Shown one piece after another: positions 46,799 through 64,000 of a DNA stretch of 64,000 bases. The DNA comes from the human T2T-CHM13v2.0 reference genome, Homo sapiens. The stretch is taken from the NCBI RefSeq assembly GCF_009914755.1, contig NC_060936.1; one strand, written 5' to 3'. The position numbers and the translations under genes are program-made. The notes under the pieces were generated by a model. That model ran no database searches. It had not been told where the DNA came from and saw nothing but the letters and a program-made list of their open reading frames with translations. The number at the start of each line of letters is the position of its first letter. The stretch's first letter is position 1.

Positions 46799-47128
46799 GG
46801 CCAGCCGCAGTGGCTCACGCCTGTAATCCCAGCACTTTAGGAGGCTGAGGGGGGCAGAATGCTTAAGTCCAGGAATTCAAGACCGGCCTGGGCAACATGG
46901 TGAAAACCTGTCTCTACAAAAAATTAGCTGGGCCTAGTGGCCCATGCCTGTGGTCCCAGCTACTTAGGAGGCTGAGGTGGGAGGACTACCTGAACCTGGC
47001 AGGTTTAGCTGGGCCTAGTGGCCCATGCCTGTGGTCCCAGCTACTTAGGAGGCTGAGGTGGGAGGACTACCTGAACCTGGCAGGTTGGGGCTGCAGTGAC
47101 CCTGTCTCTAAAAACAAAACAAAACAAA
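46799..47128 (+). mobile_element. Alu with internal 81-bp tandem duplication
   Basis: Identical 81-mer at 46924 and 47005. Confidence 0.92.
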
Positions 47129-47392
47129 GCAAACCCCAGCACCACCCAGAAGAACGACCATTGATCAGGAGCTGAAGACCTGGGCTCCAGCCTCCTCCCC
47201 AGCAGCCCATTAGCTTGTCTCAGTCTCTGCCTCTTGTCCATGAAATAGAGATAGTATTGTCCCATCTCCATCAGAAGACCCTAAGGATAAGATATTTATC
47301 AGTGTTTTATAAGGTAACACTACTTTCATGGGTAATATTAATATATAAACCAATAAAGGCTTCTATTAATAAAATTATTTCTAGTCCCTACT

Positions 47393-48123
<731 letters not shown>

Positions 48124-49467
48124 TTAACACTCTTCTCCAGGATCCCACACCACTCCAAAAACCAAAACAGAATGGCTGAAGGATATTGAGTGTCGGTTCC
48201 CAGGGTCTGCAGGAGTCAGACCAGGTGCGTTATCTGTCAATCTTCCTGGTACCACACCCCCTAGTCCCCACCATGAGGCAGGTGCTGGCATCGCTATTTC
48301 AGAGTAGAACACATGCTCAATGGTTATGGTCTCAGAGCTAAGCGGTGCCGAACCAGTAGCTGACGCCAGGTCTGACTTTACAAAACTTCCCATCTTAACA
48401 ACTGTACTATTACCATGTTGACCCTCTTAAAAAGAGTAAGAGCCGTCCTTTACTTCCAGCTCACAAGAGTTGGCAATTTGAAATACTCTACACACATGTT
48501 CTCATTAATTTTATGGTCCCCATGTTGCCAGTGAGGAGGCTGAAACACAGTGCAGGGATCACTCGCAGGGACGGCAGAGCAGAAAACGGCCTGTGACTGT
48601 GATTCCACACACCCTGCTCTAACAAGCACACTCTACCCTGGGGGAAGATGGGATGCGGGGAGGAGCTGTGCTGCGGAGCCCCACCAGCCATGCAGGCCAG
48701 GTGGCCAGGTCCCACAGACTCCCCTTGCGGGGGACCCCCTCTCTTAGAAAGAGGATCTACTCCCCTGTGCGTGCCAGCCCCGCCTCTCGGGCCCACAGCC
48801 TGCTCCCTCCCTGTCTCCAAGTGCTCACTTGGGCATTAAATCCCACTAGCTGGGCACGGGGTCTCACTGCTTCCCTATGGCTATCTGCCTTGTCTTCTCA
48901 GCTGTGCGGTCTCAGAGGCGCAGGGCCAGGAATGATGGAGTGAAGCATCACCGCTTTAAGTCATTGACTGACTGTGCATTCACCCAAATACCCATGGAGG
49001 GGGTGGGGAGGAGGGGTGGAGAGCTGAAAGTGAGCTGCAGACGGCCCTTGTGGCCCTGAGCCCCGGGCCATAAAAGTGCTTCACCCCACCCTGGAGGTGC
49101 CACATGGCTCTCAGGGCATCTCACACCTCCCTGCTCTGCCAGGAACTTTAGGTTCTAGATTCAAAGTCACCTCATTTTTGTTTGTTTGGGAAACTGTAAA
49201 CATATACAAAAGTAGAAGGAATACTATGGTGAGCCCTCAGTGTCGCCATCACCCAGGCTCAACAATGGTCAAGCCACAGCCTGTCTTGTTTCAGGTGGAC
49301 ACCCACCACTTCCCACTACTTCCTACCCCCCACACCACAAGACCATCGTGAGGCAAATCCCATGAGGCAGATGCTACTGTGGAGGCTGCACCTGCAGCTC
49401 CAGGAAAGAGGCTGCACCCATCTCAATGCTCCCCAGCGCCACACTTCCCTGTGAAAGCAAGCTGCTT

Positions 49468-49601
49468 TCCCATGGTGACCGTCCCATGCTGTGTGATGCA
49501 CCCCCCACAGTGGCGTGGCGTAAACAACCAGAGGCTCAACCCTCCTCTCCCATGGTGACCGTCCCATGCTGCGCGATGCACCCCCCACAGTGGCGTGGCG
49601 T
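49468..49601. repeat. ~54-bp direct repeat, 80-bp period
   Basis: tcccatggtgaccgtcccatgctg(t/c)g(t/c)gatgcaccccccacagtggcgtggcgt at 49468 and 49548. Confidence 0.93.
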
Positions 49602-50549
49602 CAATCCTCCTCCACTCTGAACCCACGGCACGGGCGGATTTTTGTTCCAAGTCATTCGCTTGCTGGTAAACAATTTGTTTCTCTCCCTGTAGACCAGGAA
49701 AGATCCACATGACTGGAATATGTTTCCTCTATTGTCTTATTTCTTATTCTTAAGCCTTGACTTATATGTCTTATTTCTACCTGGAAGTCTCAAAACTGAT
49801 TAGATAACAGGAAACAGACCCAATAATACTGTCTTTGCTTTTCCATTCAAAAAAACAAAACAAAACAAAATGACCAAAGCAATCTTTTTGGCTTTATCCC
49901 TAAGCTACATTATTCTTGTCTTCAATGAATGTCCATGTTCAGTCTTTCAGGCTGAGATAGTGCAACAGCTGTACAACAGCCATGATTATGAGAGGGTATT
50001 TATTGTAAATAACCAAACTGCTAGTGGCAAACATTTACTAAAAGCCAGGGAATACTCTCTATATGACATACTTGATTTCCCAAGTGTCGAAGTACAGGAT
50101 AAACATTTAAATATCAACATTCCATTTCGGTTAAATGTTAACAGAAGTCTCCTTAAAAGTAGCATTATAGTAAAATCACAACTCTCCCTGTGTGAATACT
50201 ATTGTCAGAAACAGGTAGCAGGTAGCTTCCTGGTTTAGAGACTATTTAACAGAGAAGAGTAATTTGCCATTGGAACGATCATCATTTATAATTCAATAGA
50301 AGCTGAACTACCACAAATGGCAGAATCCAAAGCTGGACAGAATCCTGGCTTTCTTCTGCCTGTTGTTCACACACACATGCTAAGGACCTTCCATACAAAT
50401 AATAATTGTGGGCAAATAAATTATAAACCTTGACATATACACAGTGGTTTTAGTACTTTGTTGCTAGAATACTTTGACTTACTTTTCACAATTAAATCAC
50501 TTGGGTAAAAAAAGAAAAGAATACTTGTAATTAAACATAGGTAAAAGCT

Positions 50550-56882
<6,333 letters not shown>

Positions 56883-57759
56883 AGCTTTTCTTCATTAAAT
56901 AAATACCTGAGCTCCTACTACACGGCACTGAAAGATAATCCATCGGGCAAGACAACACAACTATAATTTGCTGTGTTTAAGATGATATTGATCTGCGGAA
57001 CACAGGGAATATTTGTCCATTAATAAAAAAGGAAAAATCACCGTGAAGAAACTTCCTTGGAATGAATATAAAGCATAATTTCCATGATCCTAAGGATGAA
57101 ATCATTGCCTTTCTCAACCAGAGCTCCTCATCTGAACCACAGAACACAGATAATGATTTAAGTGGCTCTTTTCTCTATTCTCCCACTCGGGGGTACATAA
57201 CAGCTCCATTCTAGCAGCAGAGGAGAGAGAATAATTCATTACATGCAGTGGGTGTCGTAGGGCTGTGGGCCTTAGCACCCCTGTTCTGAGGCTGCCAACA
57301 ATTTAGAGACCAGAGGCTCTATCTGTGCACACACGTAGCAGGAATTAGTACCTGTATTGTAAAGGGAAAAAGTCATAACTACTTCTGCTGGCCTAAGCCG
57401 TCCTGGGTTAGACAAGCTTGGAAAGTGCACGACCATCACTATCATTCCGCTGTCACTGCACCATGCACAGTCCTGTCACCTTTACACGTGTAGAATGCAT
57501 CGAAATCCTTCCAAAATTTTTAGTGACCTGCTTTTCCCTTGCTAAAGTAAACAGTAACTTGCTGTGTGCCCGGCTGCTGGGCGCGTAAGGTGCGTTCAGA
57601 GTCAACACACGGTCCCAGTTTCCAAAGCAAACTACTGGGAGATCAGACACGAGCTGCTGTTCGCGCTCGCCCCACCCCAAGCACCCAGCACTCTAAGGTG
57701 CCCACATTTCACACCCATCTGTTGCCTCCCGCTTGGTGCACAGTCCTTTGTGAAGCCCC

Positions 57760-58560
57760 AGGGATAAAGCAGCGACCAAGAGGACCCGGCCTGCTCCCCG
57801 GGGCTGACGCCAGCTGCGGGGACCCCGTGGGGCGGACCACAGTTAGGCCAGTGGGCTCCGGCTGGGTAAGCGCCAGATACAATCCGCCAAGCGGAGTGAC
57901 GGACAGGGAGCCACGCTCGAAGAGGGGGTCGAGGCCGGGACCTTCCCCGCTCCCTCCTCCTGCCCCAACCCGCCCTGAGGACTCCGCCCAGGAAGCCCTG
58001 GGGACCCCGCCCGGAGCCCCCACCCTAGGACTCCCGGGACCCCCGCCCTGGGGACCCCACCAGCAGTCCCCGCTCAGGACTCCCTGAGACCCTGCCCGCA
58101 GCCCCCGCCCCAGAACGCCGGAGATCCCCGCCCTGGGGACCCTCCCGGAGCCCCGCCCAAGACGCCCCGAGCCCCCGCCCGCCCTCCAGACGCCGCCCCG
58201 GCCGGGCCTGAACCGCTACCCGCGGCTGCCGCTCACCGCCGTCAGGTCTGGCAGCCGGTCCCGCATCCCCGCCGGCCGGGCAGCGCGCCCCGCCGCTCAA
58301 GCCTGTCCCGAGCTGCCTCCGGCCGGGCCGCGGGCTCTCCGGTCTCCGCCTCAGGCCCCGCGGTCCCGGCCCGGCGCCAGCAGCCCTCCCTGGAGCCGGC
58401 GCTGCCACGGCAACCGCGCCCCGCGCGCTCTGCGCATGCCCGGCCCGCGCCGCGCCCCGCACCCACCCACACGGCGGCAGCGCTTTCCAGCGGGAGCCCG
58501 GAGGGGCGGGGCCTGGGGGCGGGGCCTAGGCGGGGAGGGGCGGGGTCCGGCCGAGCCCCA
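57760..58560 (-). promoter_or_regulatory. CpG-island promoter of STX2 with GC boxes (58502-58545) and NRF1-like TGCGCATGC (58431-58439)
   Basis: Very high GC and CpG density around exon 1; repeated GGGGCGGGG; no obvious TATA box. Confidence 0.9.
58237..58266 (-). CDS. STX2: STX2 coding exon 1 (MRDRLPDLTA)
   Basis: ATG at 58266-58264, 30 nt, donor GCG|gtgagc, inside CpG island. Confidence 0.97.
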
Positions 58561-58984
58561 GGCTGGCAGTTCCGCTACACGTGCTGTTTGTCCCTTGATC
58601 TGCTTTTATGCTTTCACACTCATTGTTTTATTTATCAAAATATAGAGCATTCAACGAATAGTGACAAAAGAGCAAAGCTCCCGGAATGTGCTGGGTGCAG
58701 CTTTGGGTAATACATATGCCGAACCTTCTCTTTAAGGGTCCACGCGCAGCCTCGGGTGTGAATGAAGGAGAAGAGATCGTGTACCACACATGATGCTTAC
58801 GGAGCATAACACGGCAGGGGGCGGTAACGGGAAGAGCGTCCGCAGGCCCAGCCCTGGGATACCATTCTGGCAGGAGAAACAGGCAATACAGACACAGACA
58901 AATAAATGATAGATGAGAAAAGAAAGTAAGGGCATGGGCACGGAACTGGCAGAGAGGTCGTCATGAAGGTGCAGGAGCTTAGGT

Positions 58985-59572
58985 GAACTACACAGGTTGG
59001 GGGAACAGTCCCCAAGACCATTATCACCTCTGACACCAACGGCAAATTCTGGCGGTTTCCAAAACCACCTTCAAGTTCCATAATTTGCTAGAAGGAATCA
59101 CAGAATACACTAAAAACTACTGTACTCACAACTATGGTTTCTTAGCAGGAAAATGATACGGATTAACATCAGCCAAGGAAGAAGGGCAGAGGGGGAGTCT
59201 GGGGATTACGGCGTGCAGCTTCAAGGTCCTCCCGTGGTCCTCTCCCTGTGTAGTCAGGCCTCATTACTTGCCCTGCACTGATGTGTGGCCTTACACACGA
59301 AGTACTGCCAGCCAGGGAAGCTCACTTGAGCCACAGTGTGCAGAACGTTTACTGGGCTCCATTGCATGTGCATGATTGATTGATTGTTTGATTGCTTTCA
59401 TGCTTGATCTCAGCCTCTTGGTTAAGTGATATCCATGTAACCCTAAGCCCCCACCATAAATCACACTGTTACTCTCTGGCTAGCCAAAGACTCCCAGGCA
59501 AACAAAGATTGCCTTCCAGGAGGAGAAGGCAAGGCCAGATTTGTTTTTAAACAAGGTTAAAGTCTTTACTGC
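58985..59572 (-). mobile_element. MER21-like LTR fragment upstream of the promoter
   Basis: Resembles recalled MER21 consensus (ataatttgctagaa, tcagccaaggaagaa, aaggttaaagtctttact). Confidence 0.55.
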
Positions 59573-59730
59573 CTCCTGGAGGAGGTGGCTTTGGTCTGAC
59601 CAGAAGGCAGCGCTAAGAAATCTGCTTGAGAGCAACAGGCTACACATTAAAAAACAGGACGTTTTGGACTTGGTTCTAGGTGTGATGTGGTTCTGTTACC
59701 CGATGGAAGGTCTTGACAGCCAGTTGTCCA

Positions 59731-60295
<565 letters not shown>

Positions 60296-60345
60296 TCAAA
60301 ACTTTCCTTATCCTGCCAGAGAAAAAAAATGAAGTTGTGAATAAT

Positions 60346-61713
60346 CGTTGTGGGAATTCAGGGACCCTGAATGGAGGGACCGGCTGAAGCCATGGAAGAA
60401 GAACATAAATTATGAAGATTTCATGGACATTTATTAGTTCCCCAAATTAATACTTTTATAATTTCTTATGCCTGTCTTTACTGTAATCTCTGAACATAAA
60501 TTGTGAAGATTTCATGGACACTTATCACTTCCCCAGTCAATACCCTTGTGATTTCCTAGGCCTGTCTTTACTTTAATCTCTTAATCCCATCATCTTCGTA
60601 AGCTGAGGAGGATGTATGTCGCCTCAGGACCCTGTGATGATTTTGTTAACTGCACAAATTGTTTGTAGAGCATGTGTGTTTGAACAATATGAAATCTGGG
60701 CACCTAGAAAAAAGAACAGGATAACAGCAATGTTCAGGGAACAAGAGAGATAACCTTAAACTCTGACTGCCGGTGAGCCAGGCGGAACAGAGCCGTATTT
60801 CTCTTCTTTCAAAAGCAAATGGGAGAAATATTGCTGAATTCTTTTTCTCAGCAAGGAACATCCCTGAGAAAGAGAAAGCATCCCTGAGGGTAGGCCTCTG
60901 AAATGTCCGCTTTGGGGGTGGCTGGGCATGGTGGCATGTGCCTGTAGACTACTCAGGAGGCTGAGGCAGGAGGATTGCTTGAGCCCAGGAGGTTAAGGCT
61001 GAAGTGAGCTGTGACTGTGCCACTGCACTCCAGCCTGGGCAACAGAGTGAGACCCTGTCTAAAAAAATATATATATACACATACACACATGCACTATAAA
61101 TATATAGTATATACATACTATACACACACATATAGTGTATACATGCTATATACACACATATAGTACATACAAGCTATATGTATATACAGATCGCAGCTGT
61201 AGGGATGAAATAAGCCCCAGTCTCCTGTAGCCCTCCCAGGCTTATTAGGACGAGGAAATTCCCGCCTAATAAATTTTGGTCAGACCAGTTGTCTGCTCTC
61301 AAACCCTGTTTCCTGATAAGATGTTATCAATGACAGTGCCTGCCCGAAACTTCATTAGCAATTCTAATTTCTCCCCGGTCCTGTGGTCCTGTGATCTCGC
61401 CCTGCCTCCATTTACCTTGTGATATTCTATTACCTTGTGAAGCATGTGATCTCTGTGACCCACACCCTATTTGTACACTCCCTCCCCTTTTGAAAATCGC
61501 TTATAAAAACTTGCTAGTTTTATGGCTCAGGGGGCATCACGGAACCTGCCGACATGTGATGTCTCCCCCAGACACCCAGCTTTAAAATTTCTCTCTTTTG
61601 TACTCTGTCCCTTTATTTCTCAGACCGGCCAACACTTAGGGGAAATAGAAAATAACCTACGTGAAATATTGGGGATGAATTTTGCCCAATATCTGGCTGA
61701 ATTTCCCCTGATA
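60346..61713 (+). mobile_element. Solo LTR, MER11(C)-like (HERV-K HML8), interrupted at ~60921-61190
   Basis: Near-continuous match to recalled MER11 consensus including the internal duplicated gaacataaatt(a/g)tgaagatttcatggaca; 6-bp TSD AATAAT at 60340-60345 and 61714-61719. Confidence 0.9.
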
Positions 61714-61866
61714 AATAATAATGTGTAATTTATCATTTTTGTTCATATTACATACATACATATGCAGTCAAGGTGTTTTTGGGGTCAAAACATCAACCAG
61801 ATCACAACAGTGGGTTCAAAACACCATCATAACAGCCAAACACTAAAATTGAATGAAATCTACATG

Positions 61867-62198
61867 GAGGCTGAGGTGGGAGGATTGCTTGAGCCCAGGA
61901 GTTGGAGGCTGCAGTAAGCTGTGATCATGCAACTGCTCTCCAGCCGGGTCCACAGAGCAAGACCCTGTTTCTAAAAAATAAATAAATAAATAAATAAATG
62001 TTTAAAAAACTTAAAGAAGAAAACGCGAAAGAGGCAGAGGAAGAGGAAGAAGGAAAAAAGAGAGGAAGAAGGAAAAAAGAAGGAAGAAAGAAAAAAGGAA
62101 GGAAGGAGAAAAAAGGAAAAAGAAAGGAAGGAAGGAAGGAGAAAGGAAATATGGAAGAAAGAAAGAAAGAAGAAGGAAGGAAGGAAGGAAGGAAGGAA

Positions 62199-62260
<62 letters not shown>

Positions 62261-62270
62261 AAAGAGAAAC
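61867..62270 (+). repeat. Partial Alu arm with (TAAA)n tail, followed by GA-rich/(GAAA)n microsatellite (62013-62270)
   Basis: Seen directly. Confidence 0.9.
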
Positions 62271-62307
62271 AAAGGGCTAAGTTACATTCCCGAGAAAATC
62301 TGACTGG

Positions 62308-62500
62308 AGCCTGGGCAACATAGCAAAACACTGTCTCTGCAAAAAATTTTTAAAAATTAGCTGGGCATGGTGGCATGTGCCTGTAGGTTACTCAGGAGGC
62401 TGAGGCAGGAGGATTGCTTGAGCCCAGGAGGTCAAGGCTGAAGTGAGCTGTGATTGTGCCACTGCACTCCAGCCTGGGCAACAGAATGAGACCCTGTCTA
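62308..62500 (+). mobile_element. Partial AluJ-like element (end of left arm, linker, right arm)
   Basis: Alu consensus with private changes (tccca deletion; ggctgaagtgagc). Confidence 0.88.
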
Positions 62501-63740
62501 AATATATATATAATATATATTACATATATATATAATTTATATATATATTATATATATTATATATACATTATATATATAATATATATAATATATATATACA
62601 CACACATCCACTGTAAATATATAGTATATACATACTATATGCACACATATAGTATATACATGCTATATACACACATATAGTACATATAAGCTATATACAC
62701 CCATATAGTACATACAAGTGGTATACACACACATATAGGATATACATGCTATATATACTCATATAGTACGTGCTACATATACACATATATAGTATATACT
62801 ATATAGTATGTATATGCTACATAGTATATAGTATATACACACATATGTATATAGTATATACATGTAGTATATATACACATATGTATGTATGTATATATGT
62901 ATATATAGTATATATTGTATGTATACTACGTATATATAGTATATATTGTATGTATACTACGTATATATAGTATATATTGTATGTATACTACGTATATATA
63001 GTATATATTGTATGTATACTACGTATATATAGTATATATCGTATATATCATATATATACTATGTATATATAGTATATATCGTATATATCATATATATACT
63101 ATGTATATATAGTATATATCGTATATATGCTACGTATATATCTTATATATGCTACGTATATATAGTATATATTGTGTATATACTACTGTATATATGGTAT
63201 ATGTTGTGTATATACTACTGTATATAGTATATATACAATATATACTATATATGTATATACACAATATATACATATATGTGTATACACAGCATATATTTTA
63301 TATGTATATACACAGTATATACTGTATATATATATACACACACAGTATGTACTGTATATGTATATATACAGTATATACTATATAGGTATATATACTGTAT
63401 ATACTATATACTGTATATTCTATAATACAGTATGTACATGCTATTTATCGTATGTATATACTATAATACAGTGTATACATGCTATTTATCGTATGTATAT
63501 ACTATAATACAGTGTATACATGCTATTTATTGTATGTATATACTATAATACAGTATATACATGCTATTTATCATATGTATATACTATATTTGTGTATAGT
63601 ATGTATATACTATATGTGTGTATAGTATGTATATACTATATGTGTGTATAGTATGTATATACTATATGTGTGTATAGTATGTATATACTATATATGTATA
63701 GTGTGCATGTGTGTGTGCATGTGTGTGTGTATATATGTAT
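62500..63740. repeat. ~1.2-kb TA-rich low-complexity tract with nested 31-, ~40-, 41- and 26-bp tandem units
   Basis: e.g. tacgtatatatagtatatattgtatgtatac x3-4; tataatacag...tatgtatatac x4; tatagtatgtatatactatatgtgtg x3. Confidence 0.95.
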
Positions 63741-63741
63741 G

Positions 63742-63885
63742 TTTTTTTTAGCCAGGGTCTCTGTTGCCTAGGCTGGAGTGCAGTGGCACAATCACAGCTC
63801 ACTTCAGCCTTGACCTCCTGGACTCAAGCAATCCTCCTGCCTCAGCCTCCTGAGTAGCTTACAGGCACATGCCACCATGCCCAGC
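63742..63885 (-). mobile_element. Inverted half-Alu, paralogous to 62360-62500
   Basis: Same private changes as the copies at 60921 and 62360. Confidence 0.88.
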
Positions 63886-64000
63886 ATATACATATAGTAT
63901 GTATATTCTGTATGTATAATATGTATATACTATATATGTATGTATAACGGGTCAAGTGCTCCGTTTAACTGTGATTCTAGGACTTTCTATGCTGGCCCAC

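Noticed and set aside
57566-58645. GC-rich ORFs over the promoter (145 aa, 173 aa)
   Set aside because: Expected stop-codon scarcity in a CpG island; the true coding part is 58237-58266
61925-63507. K/E/R-rich and Y/I-rich ORFs
   Set aside because: Translations of GA-rich and TA-rich simple repeats

Overview
Mammalian (by Alu content and protein sequence almost certainly human) genomic DNA carrying the complete syntaxin-2/epimorphin gene STX2 on the minus strand. The gene runs from a CpG-island promoter at ~58.4 kb to a polyA signal at ~8.77 kb. Nine constitutive coding exons join in frame with canonical GT/AG sites (262 codons) and are followed by three alternative C-termini: two transmembrane anchors (288 and 287 aa) and a soluble 277-aa form. 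The rest is intronic or intergenic DNA: many Alus, old L1/L2 fragments, solo LTRs (MER39-like, MER11C-like, MLT1, MER21-like), DNA-transposon MITEs (MER5, MER85), three GC-rich minisatellites and a TA-rich tract. There is no prokaryotic system, CRISPR array or second protein-coding gene. The most unusual signals are: (i) a candidate vestigial third transmembrane exon between the two used TM exons; (ii) one diagnosable half-Alu plus its TA-rich flank present three times locally, once inserted into an LTR without a TSD and once inverted around a ~1.2-kb TA tract; (iii) a 7-unit higher-order repeat inside a 28-bp VNTR; (iv) an intragenic CpG island with CTCF motifs and a strong orphan splice donor. 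Repeat family names are from recalled consensus sequences and repeat boundaries are approximate unless a TSD is quoted.
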